64,000 bases of DNA from Myxococcota bacterium (lineage in GTDB: Bacteria; Myxococcota_A; SURF-8): positions 1,760,001 through 1,824,000 of the forward strand of contig OZ223209.1 of the NCBI GenBank assembly GCA_965140415.1, read 5' to 3'. A program made the position numbers and the translations under genes. Shown in pieces: positions 1 through 8,599 of the stretch. Below the pieces are notes generated by a model, which was not told the DNA's origin, did no database searches, and worked only from the letters and a program-made list of their open reading frames with translations. Every line of letters starts with the position of its first letter. The stretch's first letter is position 1.

Positions 1-858
1 GGGTGACAGGTAAGGATCTTTCATATTGTGTCCGTTCGCATAAAGCTTGGCTGCTCGTCCCAATATGCCGTTCCATGATACGAGAATGTTATCAATCCAC
101 TCGTTGATGAAATAGGAGTCACCGATCTGGTTAAGATCAGTCCACGGTGTGTTTGGTGCAATAGCAGCAGGCAACGGCAAGTTTTTATCTTTTGCACGTA
201 AGATCATCGCCAAGGTTAAGCCTCCACCTGCGGAAGTGCCGAAAATTCCCATTTTATTTGGATCATGAGTTTTCAATAGTGCGACCCATATTGTCATCAC
301 GTCATCCAAGGCAGCTGGATAAGGGTGGTCGGGTGGCATTCGGTAGTCGATAGAAATTACTTTATAACCACCTATACTTGCCAACATGAAGGCTTCGGGA
401 AGTCCTGATTTGCCAGGATTAAAAACATAAGCACCCCCATGTAAATGTATTAAAAGGAATTCTTCTTTTTCTTTGGTGAGATTTTTCGGTGTTACAATGA
501 AAGCATGTACTCCATTAATTGTGATTGAGTTATACTCAACACATAGCCTCTCCTCTAATTTCGGCAAGCTAGCCAAAACAGCATTGGAAACTTTTTCAAC
601 AAGTATTTTCCATTCCTCCTCATTCCTGGGGATTGCATTGAAGATTGGGTTAAGTGGCTGGCTAATCAGTGCTTGTAGCTGAGGACTTATATCTGAGGTT
701 GGAACAGGAATTACTCTGGTTGGTATTCTATGCGAACCGATTTCGGGATTTTCATCTAAAATGGTATTGCTGTTTTCCGGAATATTAGTGTAGTCAGAGC
801 AGGAACACAGTCCTAGTAACAAAACCAATATCAAAAATAAAAGCGACTTGGTTTCCAT
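1..858 (-). CDS. alpha/beta hydrolase, HSL-family (family IV, GTSAG) esterase with lipoprotein-like signal; runs off left edge
   Basis: Not in ORF track. Manual translation METKSLLFLILVLLLGLCSC...IHLHGGAYVF...IDYRMPPDHPYPAALDD...GIFGTSAGGGL...; frame open to position 1. Confidence 0.9.
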   Translation of the reverse strand, partial: METKSLLFLILVLLLGLCSCSDYTNIPENSNTILDENPEIGSHRIPTRVIPVPTSDISPQLQALISQPLNPIFNAIPRNEEEWKILVEKVSNAVLASLPKLEERLCVEYNSITINGVHAFIVTPKNLTKEKEEFLLIHLHGGAYVFNPGKSGLPEAFMLASIGGYKVISIDYRMPPDHPYPAALDDVMTIWVALLKTHDPNKMGIFGTSAGGGLTLAMILRAKDKNLPLPAAIAPNTPWTDLNQIGDSYFINEWIDNILVSWNGILGRAAKLYANGHNMKDPYLSP

Positions 859-906
859 GATTTTGTACCTAGCGATTATAAGTAATCGTTATTATTCGCG
901 GTTTTG

Positions 907-2043
907 TCATTGCCCAGGACATTTCGTGTCCCTTTCAGTGGCCTGAGGAAAACCGTTCTCAAGCAGGCGATCGAAGATGAAGCGCGCAAAGCGCTTGTTG
1001 GTTTTACCGGTAAAGTGTGCGTCCTGTTGATTGTAAATCGCGGTGCGGCTGTTGTCACCTAATTCTTCTTCCATTTGGCGTATTTCCGGTGAAAAATCGT
1101 AGCAGGTCAACTGTCTTTTATCGCATTCCTGTCGCCAGATCTGGGAGAAAGGCCGCTCTTCCGGTGTCGTCCATTTTCCGTCCTGTACGCCCCAACTCAT
1201 CAGCCATGTTTTGAATTCACTGGTATCGCGCAGGTGAAAGGGCCAGGGGTAATTGAAAAAGATCGTGCGTGCGCCGTCGGACTGTGCGCGTTTGGCAAGC
1301 TTGGCATTCAAGTCGAAAGAGTAATCCAGCATCGGTTGCAGCAAGCGCGGATTTTCGATGTACAGCCCGCGATTGATCAGGCGAAGTTCCATCGGCAGGT
1401 AGTGCCAGTCGTTTTTCACAAGCCGGTAGGCAAACTGAATGAAACGGATCAATACGCTTCGGCGCAGCCCGGTGTTGTAGAACTCTTCGCCTACAACCGC
1501 TGTGGGATTGCCCTGCTCGTCGAACTGCGCCAGGTCGCGGTAGATGGCGTCGTCGATCGGGTCGCAGGTGTCGAACAGATCGAGCACCCAATCGGGTTGC
1601 AATTGTCTGACCAGGCGTTCGTATTGAATTCTTTGGATAATCGGTGAGTAGGAGACGAAGCCGAAGTTGAAGATTTCGATTTGGTGGTCGGGGAATTTCT
1701 CTTTGACGAGTTGTTCGAAGTGGTAGGGAATGGTCTGATCGTGCGGTGTAAAGCCGTAAGTGAAGCTGTCGCCGAAAAAGATTACACGCACCGTGTCTGG
1801 ATTTTTGTGTTTCGGCAGCGTGCGCCCACGATAGTCGTATGTCCCCAATCCCGCCTTGGCGAAGGCGATCGGCACGTGATGGTAAATCGGATCGTTACCC
1901 TGCACGATGTAGGTGAGCGGTGGCTCGATCCAGAACAACCGGAAAAAGACCTCTGCAAAGGCAAAGCCTCCAACAAGGTAAATCAGGCTGTATAGAAGAA
2001 ACGTTTTCAATTTAGAGCGGTTTGATTTCTCTGTGTTTTTCAT
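907..2043 (-). CDS. membrane-anchored SGNH/GDSL-like hydrolase
   Basis: N-terminal TM helix, FGDSFTYG block I, C-terminal DAH (DxH) motif. Confidence 0.8.
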   Translation of the reverse strand: MKNTEKSNRSKLKTFLLYSLIYLVGGFAFAEVFFRLFWIEPPLTYIVQGNDPIYHHVPIAFAKAGLGTYDYRGRTLPKHKNPDTVRVIFFGDSFTYGFTPHDQTIPYHFEQLVKEKFPDHQIEIFNFGFVSYSPIIQRIQYERLVRQLQPDWVLDLFDTCDPIDDAIYRDLAQFDEQGNPTAVVGEEFYNTGLRRSVLIRFIQFAYRLVKNDWHYLPMELRLINRGLYIENPRLLQPMLDYSFDLNAKLAKRAQSDGARTIFFNYPWPFHLRDTSEFKTWLMSWGVQDGKWTTPEERPFSQIWRQECDKRQLTCYDFSPEIRQMEEELGDNSRTAIYNQQDAHFTGKTNKRFARFIFDRLLENGFPQATERDTKCPGQ

Positions 2044-2270
2044 CTTGACTGCGTTTGCGGCTCCTGCCGATTTTCATTATAGCGGTTACTACCGAAGAAC
2101 CCCACCGGTGCAAAGTCTTTTTTACAGCGGATCATACCGTGCGACCTTGTGATGTGCAATGTTTTGATGAATTGCGATAAGTTGCCTGATGTGGCTCGCT
2201 CTTTTCTTGCCAAACCGGCTCGGTAGAGTATGATGAATCCGTTCGGAAAAGTGTTTGTAAAGGAGGAACG

Positions 2271-3059
2271 ATGAGCGACCAACATATCAAAGTGGAACGC
2301 AATGGGCATATTCTGTTGATCGGTGTCAACCGCGCCAACAAACGCAATGCCTTCAGCGTGAAAATGTATCAGGATCTGGGGCTGGCGCTGGGTGAGTTGC
2401 AGCGGGACGACGACTTACGTTGCGGTGTCGTGTATGCGGAAGGCGATCATTTCACTTCGGGTCTGGATCTGGCCGAGTGGGGGGCGACGTTCGGTGCGGG
2501 CAGTATGCCCGAACTTCCCGAAGGTGCTTGCGATCCGTTCGGTTTCGATGAATCCAAGCGCGTGATGAAGCCTGTGGTGATGGCGGTGCAAGGAATGTGT
2601 TATACCATCGGGCAGGAATTCATGCTGACGACCGATATTCGTGTGGCTGCCTCCGACGTGCGTTTCGCCCAGTTGGAAGTCAAGCGTGGCATCTACCCGG
2701 TGGGCGGCGGTACGATTCGCCTGCTACACGAAATCGGCTGGGGTAATGCCATGCGCTATCTGCTCACCGGCGAGGAAATCACGGGACCGGAGGCGTTTCG
2801 TTTGGGGCTGGTGCAGGAACTGGTGGAACCGGGCGAGCAACTGGAAAAAGCGCTTCAGATCGCCGAGATCATCTGCAAGCAGGCTCCGCTGGCGGTATAT
2901 GCCACATTGAAATCGGCTCGCCAGGCGCGCGCGCACGCCGAAAACGAAGCCATGCAAAAGCTGTTGCCCGAATTGCTCAAACTGATGACTACCGAAGACG
3001 TGCAAGAGGGGATGATGTCCTTCCTGCAACGCCGCGAGGCGAATTTCAAGGGCCGGTAA
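2271..3059 (+). CDS. enoyl-CoA hydratase/isomerase (crotonase family)
   Basis: NRANKRNA, FTSGLDL, KPVVMAVQG, EVKRGIYP motifs; AGGAGG RBS. Confidence 0.92.
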   Translation: MSDQHIKVERNGHILLIGVNRANKRNAFSVKMYQDLGLALGELQRDDDLRCGVVYAEGDHFTSGLDLAEWGATFGAGSMPELPEGACDPFGFDESKRVMKPVVMAVQGMCYTIGQEFMLTTDIRVAASDVRFAQLEVKRGIYPVGGGTIRLLHEIGWGNAMRYLLTGEEITGPEAFRLGLVQELVEPGEQLEKALQIAEIICKQAPLAVYATLKSARQARAHAENEAMQKLLPELLKLMTTEDVQEGMMSFLQRREANFKGR

Positions 3060-3197
3060 ACAACCTCTCATATGGCAGGGGGAATCGGAGTTGCATGGGT
3101 CACCACGCCGCGAAAGTGGTTTATCCTCTTTCACGCCGTAAGGGCCTGTGCTACACTCTAGCGGTTTTATTGGTGAACATCGCTGCATTGCGGCGAG

Positions 3198-3968
3198 ATG
3201 GAGACGGAAACAGTGACTCTTTCCAGGCGGCGATTCTTGGCATCTTCGGCGGCAGGGCTTTGCGCTCTGGCTTGTCCTGCGGTGCTGCACGCCTTCGGAC
3301 CGGAGTCACTATTCGAAATGCCGACCCTGGTTTATTCGGGCAGTTACGATCGCCGTAAAGGCGCTCAGGAACGGCTGGCCTGGGAACTGATGAAGCGCAC
3401 CAGCATCGAGGCTAAACTGGAACAGGGTGAAGTGTCTATCGAGTCACCCGAATTCTTTAAAAAACCGGTCTTCTACATGAGTGGCGACGCCGCCTTCGAG
3501 CCGTTTTCGGACGAGCAGATTGCCCGCTTGCGCCGTCATCTCCAATTCGGCGGTTTCTTGTTCATCGATGGCAACCCGGACATGGGAAGCGGTTTCGACG
3601 AAAGCGTGCGGCGGGAATTGAAACGCCTTTTCCCTCGCCTGCCGCTGCAAACCCTGCCCGCCGAGCATACCCTGTTCAAGTCCTTTTATCTGCTAGACGG
3701 TCGCTGGGGCCGCGTACAGCGAAAGAGTTTTGTAGAAGGAATCACGCGCGATAACCGCACGATGGTGGTGTATTCGCAAAACGATGTGGGTGGCGCATGG
3801 CTGCGCGATAACTTCGGCAACTGGCAGTTTCCGGTGATCCCCGGCGGCGAAGCACAGCGCGAAATGGCGTTTCGTTTCGGTGTGAATCTGGCGATGTACG
3901 CTCTGTGTACCAACTACAAGAGCGATCAGGTGCATATCCCCTTTATTCTCAAGCGCAGGCGCAGATGA
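3198..3968 (+). CDS. DUF4159-like protein with Tat-type signal
   Basis: LSRRRFL twin-arginine; LRRHLQFGGFLFID and AFRFGVNLAMYALCTNYKSDQVHIPFIL as in DUF4159. Confidence 0.8.
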   Translation: METETVTLSRRRFLASSAAGLCALACPAVLHAFGPESLFEMPTLVYSGSYDRRKGAQERLAWELMKRTSIEAKLEQGEVSIESPEFFKKPVFYMSGDAAFEPFSDEQIARLRRHLQFGGFLFIDGNPDMGSGFDESVRRELKRLFPRLPLQTLPAEHTLFKSFYLLDGRWGRVQRKSFVEGITRDNRTMVVYSQNDVGGAWLRDNFGNWQFPVIPGGEAQREMAFRFGVNLAMYALCTNYKSDQVHIPFILKRRRR

Positions 3969-6280
3969 TCGAGTGGTTGGTCGGACAGCAGGCGGCGGGG
4001 GAGTTCAACTTCTGGGAACTGGTGTTTCTGCACCAGCCGAACCGCATCGAACTGGTCATTTTAGGGCTTATAGTGGCGGTATTGATTCCGCTGTTTATCT
4101 TGAATCTGAAACGGCTGCCTTCGCGCCGCTGGCGACTGGTTCTATTGGGGCTGCGTCTGCTGTTTCTGGCGGGCTTATTGCTGCTTTGGCTGCAACCCGC
4201 CGTGCAATTGCAGAAACGGCTGCAACAGAAAAGCCACGTGATATTGATGAACGACCGTTCACGCTCGATGTCGCTACTGGCCGGCGACGGCGACCGGACG
4301 CGGGCCGCGATGGCAAATGAATTCTTCAGCGAAAATACCTCCTGGGTTAAAAGCATTGCGGCAAGTCATCATTTACATGCTTTCAGTTTCGAGCAGAAAC
4401 CCTCTTCGATTCCGCTTTCCAAATTGACTGACAAAGGCGAACCCTCTGGAGATTATTCCGATTTCGGCGCGGCGCTTTCCGTTTCCACGGATCAGTTCCG
4501 AAAGGGCGAAGTGGCGGCGGTGGTGCTGGTTTCCGATGGCGTGAGTAATCCGTCGCCTGGAACGGAACAACTGCTGGAAGATGTCCTCGCCACGCTGAAA
4601 AAGGCCAAGGTGCCGGTGTACGCATTCGGTGCGGGAACGGAAGGCGCAGTAAAGGATATGGCGGTGCGTGACGTGCGCTACGATGGTTTCGCATTCGTGC
4701 ACAACAAGACGACCATCGAAGTCGATATCGCTTCTACAGGCTACCCGGAACGTCCGGTTCAAGTCACGCTGGAAGCCGATGGCCGCCCGATCGGGTCACA
4801 GAATCTGGTCGTGCCGTCCGGTGAAGTCGTGAAAGCGGCGTTCAGTTTTACGCCGGAGCGGGTCGGACGTGCGGTCTATACCGTCAAGCTGCCGCTTTTC
4901 ACCGATGACGCCATCCCGCAGAACAATACGCGCAGTTTCATTATCGAGGTGATCCGCGATAAAGTGCGCGTGCTGCACGTCTGCGGTCATCCCGATTACG
5001 ACGAGCAGTTCCTGCGGCGCTTTTTGAAGAACAATCCCAATGTGGATTTGATCTCCTTTTTCATTTTGCGCACCAATGCGGATCTGCAACTGGTGCCCGA
5101 GCGGGAATTGTCGCTGATTCCCTTCCCGACGCAGGAATTGTTCGACACACAACTGCACACCTTCGATCTGGTGATTTTCCAGAATTTCACCTACCAGGGT
5201 TACGAGATGAGCCACTATCTACCCAATATCCGGCGCTACGTGCTTGAAGGCGGAGCATTGCTGGTGTTAGGCGGCGACGTCTCCTATGGGCCGGGAGGCT
5301 ACGACAATACTCCGATTGAGGATGTCCTGCCCTTTGATATCAGTTTGCAGGATCCGGCGGCCAGTTCCGCACCTTTCGCGATGCAGGTCACACCGGAAGG
5401 TTTGCGACACCCGATTATGCGCCTGCGCCAGGGAATGGAAGCCAATCGGGCAGCCTGGCAGCAGGCACCGGAATTATTGGGTTTGAACCTGGGATTGATG
5501 GCTCTACCGGATGCGCTGGTGCTGGCGGAGCATCCCACTTTGCAAACGGGTGGAAAACCTGCTCCGGCGATTGCACTGCGCAGGCCGGGCAAGGGGCGCG
5601 TACTGGCTACGGCGCTCGATTCGACCTGGCTCTGGTATCAATCGGAAATCGAGCAGGGTGGCGATGGAGAACTCTATACCCGCTTTTGGAGTAATGCGCT
5701 GCGCTGGCTGATCAAAGATCCGGACTTGAAGCATCTTGCGGTGCGGGCGGATAAAGACAATCCCTCACCTGGGCAGGAAGTGCAGCTCGATATCCGCCTG
5801 ACCGACGATGATTTCCAGCCGAAAGCCGATGCAAGGTTGCGTGTCAGGGCTATCGAAAAGGCGAGTGGCAAACCCCTGTTCGATAGAGAACTGGCAACCG
5901 ATAGCGAAGGCACGGTAATTACACGGTTTGCCGCTCCGGAAGTGGAAGGCGTGATGACGGTGCAGGTGGAAACCGTCGATCCTGCTGCGGGAGAAATCGA
6001 GCGGGAAGAGTTGTTGTTGTATGTTTCCAGTAATTCCGGTGAGTTCCGAGATGTGGCGGTGGACTTCGACCGGCTGCGTAAAATCGCCAAGGAAACCGGC
6101 GGCGAGTTCAAGTCTTTGCCATATAAAATGCCTGCCGATTTCCAATTCCCAGTCAACACCGTGGCGCGCATCGGTAAAAAACGCGATGTGCCGATCTGGG
6201 ACAACAGCACCGTATTGGGCCTGTTGGTTTTTCTGATCGCCCTGGAATGGTGGTTGCGCAAGCGTAAGCGCCTGAATTAA
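3965..6280 (+). CDS. membrane protein with vWA-like, Ig-like and GATase-like (DUF1355-type) domains
   Basis: ATGA overlap with upstream gene; DRSRSM MIDAS-like, LVSDG, GGALLVLGG, C-terminal EWWLRKR. Confidence 0.75.
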   Translation: MIEWLVGQQAAGEFNFWELVFLHQPNRIELVILGLIVAVLIPLFILNLKRLPSRRWRLVLLGLRLLFLAGLLLLWLQPAVQLQKRLQQKSHVILMNDRSRSMSLLAGDGDRTRAAMANEFFSENTSWVKSIAASHHLHAFSFEQKPSSIPLSKLTDKGEPSGDYSDFGAALSVSTDQFRKGEVAAVVLVSDGVSNPSPGTEQLLEDVLATLKKAKVPVYAFGAGTEGAVKDMAVRDVRYDGFAFVHNKTTIEVDIASTGYPERPVQVTLEADGRPIGSQNLVVPSGEVVKAAFSFTPERVGRAVYTVKLPLFTDDAIPQNNTRSFIIEVIRDKVRVLHVCGHPDYDEQFLRRFLKNNPNVDLISFFILRTNADLQLVPERELSLIPFPTQELFDTQLHTFDLVIFQNFTYQGYEMSHYLPNIRRYVLEGGALLVLGGDVSYGPGGYDNTPIEDVLPFDISLQDPAASSAPFAMQVTPEGLRHPIMRLRQGMEANRAAWQQAPELLGLNLGLMALPDALVLAEHPTLQTGGKPAPAIALRRPGKGRVLATALDSTWLWYQSEIEQGGDGELYTRFWSNALRWLIKDPDLKHLAVRADKDNPSPGQEVQLDIRLTDDDFQPKADARLRVRAIEKASGKPLFDRELATDSEGTVITRFAAPEVEGVMTVQVETVDPAAGEIEREELLLYVSSNSGEFRDVAVDFDRLRKIAKETGGEFKSLPYKMPADFQFPVNTVARIGKKRDVPIWDNSTVLGLLVFLIALEWWLRKRKRLN

Positions 6281-6288
6281 ATCATAAT

Positions 6289-7413
6289 TTATCTCTCGGT
6301 TTTAACTTTGACCGTACAACTGTTCGTGATGCGCTTTTTGTTGCGGTCGAAGATCGGACCATCTTCACTGCCGTCGTTGTTGTAGCCGACGTTTTCCCAG
6401 TAGCCACGGTACTGCTCGTCGTCGGATAGTTCAATGCGAGTGACCCACTTGGCCCACTTGTAGCCCCACTTCTCATATGCCGCAAGCTGGAAGGGAAAAC
6501 CGCGCATGGCGGGCAGGGCGATACCGTTCATGTTAAAGGCCAATAAAGGTTTGTACTCCATTACATAGGACAGCGGCACCGAAGTCGTATAGCCGTCGTA
6601 ACAATGGAAAATGACCGTTACCGCTTCTGGTTGCGGTTTGCTGGCTTCGATAAGGGTATCCAGGCGGACGCCCTCCCATAAAACGTTGGCCCGCCAGCCT
6701 TCCACACAGTGTAGTTCCATGACTTCCTTGAAATGGGAATTCGCCAGCACTTCGTCGTAGCTGTAATCTGTCGGTTGATCCACCAGACCGTCGATTTGCA
6801 GTTGGTAGTTTTCCATCGGCACGTACTGTGGTCCGGCAATGGAATTTTCCCGGAAATCCAGGATGGAGTCTAATTGCTGATCCTCATACTTGTCCAACTC
6901 CACAAAAAATACGAAATATCCCTGTACTTCTTCATTATTGCTGAGAAATGTGTAGATCACGTCGTACACACCGATACCGGCGGTTTCAGGTAAGCTCGCG
7001 GAAAGCACCGTGTCATTTTCGGTCAAAATATCCGAATCGGCGATCTTCTCTTTGTTGCGATACACTTGCACCGAAGCTCCGGCTGGCAATGCCGTATTGA
7101 ACAGGATGGAGACGTCGGAAGGCGTTTCTATAAGTACATCATTATTTGCAGGGGAAGTGGTAACGACCTCTGCCGGTTTCTTTTCGGGAGCGACGCCTAA
7201 AAACGGCCCTTCGTAGATCGGTGCAATCTCGTCACCGTCGCTGTTCATATCGCCATCGCCGTTTGAGTCCCCATCCGCCTGTTCGTCAATATCGGCGGGG
7301 GTCATATTGTCCATGCTGTCGCTATCGGAAAGCGAAGTGGATTGGTCCCCGTCATCGCAGGCAAAAGCCAGCATCAGTAGCAAAAACGGAAGCAGAATTC
7401 GATGGGCGTGCAT
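6289..7413 (-). CDS. lipoprotein: acidic linker + CopC-like Ig domain + molybdopterin-dependent (sulfite oxidase/MsrP-like) oxidoreductase
   Basis: Start moved to ATG 7413 (AGGAG RBS); lipobox LAFAC; LHCVEGW, GFPFQL, WGYKWAKWV, GYWE motifs. Confidence 0.82.
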   Translation of the reverse strand: MHAHRILLPFLLLMLAFACDDGDQSTSLSDSDSMDNMTPADIDEQADGDSNGDGDMNSDGDEIAPIYEGPFLGVAPEKKPAEVVTTSPANNDVLIETPSDVSILFNTALPAGASVQVYRNKEKIADSDILTENDTVLSASLPETAGIGVYDVIYTFLSNNEEVQGYFVFFVELDKYEDQQLDSILDFRENSIAGPQYVPMENYQLQIDGLVDQPTDYSYDEVLANSHFKEVMELHCVEGWRANVLWEGVRLDTLIEASKPQPEAVTVIFHCYDGYTTSVPLSYVMEYKPLLAFNMNGIALPAMRGFPFQLAAYEKWGYKWAKWVTRIELSDDEQYRGYWENVGYNNDGSEDGPIFDRNKKRITNSCTVKVKTER

Positions 7414-7495
7414 GATGTTTCTCCTGTAAACGAATGGACTTCCATTGTGATCATACGTGAGGCCGCTCAAAGTATAAACGGCTTTCGTCATACAT

Positions 7496-7514
7496 TGTAA
7501 TGATTCTTATTAAG
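7496..7514. promoter_or_regulatory. candidate Fur/PerR-family box
   Basis: TGTAATGATTCTTATTAAG, 12/19 match to GATAATGATAATCATTATC, just upstream of the rubredoxin promoter. Confidence 0.45.
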
Positions 7515-7530
7515 GGGATTATGTATTGAT

Positions 7531-7559
7531 TTGACAAAGAAATTAAAGTGAGATACTTT
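7531..7559 (+). promoter_or_regulatory. sigma70 promoter of rubredoxin-rubrerythrin
   Basis: TTGACA-17 nt-TACTTT. Confidence 0.65.
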
Positions 7560-7624
7560 ATTTTCGTTTCATATTCCGATGCCGACAAACACAGCGAAAA
7601 TTATAGTGAGAGGGAGGTCTGTAC

Positions 7625-7786
7625 ATGAAAAAATATATTTGCAAGATTTGCGGTTATACTTACGACCCGGAAAAGGGAGCGCCTGCTGATGGTATCGATC
7701 CCGGCACGGCGTTTGAAGATATCCCGGAAGACTGGGAATGCCCGGTCTGTGGTGCGAAAAAAGACGAGTTTCGCCCGGTCGATTAA
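7625..7786 (+). CDS. rub: rubredoxin (53 aa)
   Basis: Below ORF-track cutoff: [61 protein letters not shown]. Confidence 0.97.
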   Translation: MKKYICKICGYTYDPEKGAPADGIDPGTAFEDIPEDWECPVCGAKKDEFRPVD

Positions 7787-7837
7787 TGTGAAAATGAGTC
7801 ACACTTATTGAATGAATGCAATAAAGGAGGAGTAGTT

Positions 7838-8413
7838 ATGGCGGGAATCAAAGGAAGCAAGACAGAAAAGAATCTGCTGATTTCGTTTGCGGGTGAAGCC
7901 CAGGCGCGCAACCGGTACACCTATGCCGCTGGTGTGGCTCGTAAAGAAGGTTACGTGCAGATTTCTCGTATTTTCGAGGAAACGGCGGATCAGGAAAAAG
8001 AGCACGCCAAGCGTTTCTTCAAGTTCCTGGAGGGCGGCGATGTCGAAATCACGGCGGCTTTTCCGGCGGGTGTGATTGGCGCGACGACCGAAAACCTGTT
8101 GGCTGCGGCTGACGGTGAACATCACGAGCACACGGAAATGTATCCCGGTTTCGCCAAAATTGCCCGCGAAGAAGGCTTCGAGGCGGTGGCCATGGTGTTC
8201 GAGGCGGTTTCCGTTGCCGAGAAACAGCATGAAAAACGTTTCCGTGGCGTACTGGAAAACATTGAAAAAGACCGTGTGTTCAAGCGTGAGCAAAGCGTTA
8301 AGTGGCGCTGCCGCAACTGCGGTTATGTCCATGAAGGTACAGAAGCTCCTGCCAGCTGCCCTGCCTGCGCCCATCCGCAAGCCCACTTTGAACTGTTGGG
8401 AGAAAACTGGTAA
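7838..8413 (+). CDS. rbr: rubrerythrin
   Basis: FAGEAQARNRY, EKEHAKRF, EKQHEKRF, C-terminal WRCRNCGY...CPACAHP; AGGAGG RBS. Confidence 0.96.
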   Translation: MAGIKGSKTEKNLLISFAGEAQARNRYTYAAGVARKEGYVQISRIFEETADQEKEHAKRFFKFLEGGDVEITAAFPAGVIGATTENLLAAADGEHHEHTEMYPGFAKIAREEGFEAVAMVFEAVSVAEKQHEKRFRGVLENIEKDRVFKREQSVKWRCRNCGYVHEGTEAPASCPACAHPQAHFELLGENW

Positions 8414-8451
8414 GCTTTTCGTTCCCTGTTGATAGGAGCGTTGCTTCAATA

Positions 8452-8490
8452 ACGACTGCCGGGTCCATGTGGCCCGGTTGTCGCTTTTTA
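8452..8490 (+). terminator. intrinsic terminator after rbr
   Basis: GACTGCCGGG...CCCGGTTGTC stem followed by CTTTTT. Confidence 0.65.
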
Positions 8491-8538
8491 TGGTGCTGTC
8501 AATTCTTTTAACCCTGCCTCAAATCTACACTACTGCAC

Positions 8539-8566
8539 TTGCTTTTAAGGGATAACTTGTTACAAT
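8539..8566 (+). promoter_or_regulatory. sigma70 promoter of glycyl radical enzyme gene
   Basis: TTGCTT-16 nt-TACAAT with extended TGn -10. Confidence 0.5.
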
Positions 8567-8599
8567 TTCAAGTGGAAGTTTTTACAGAAAGGACTCTGC

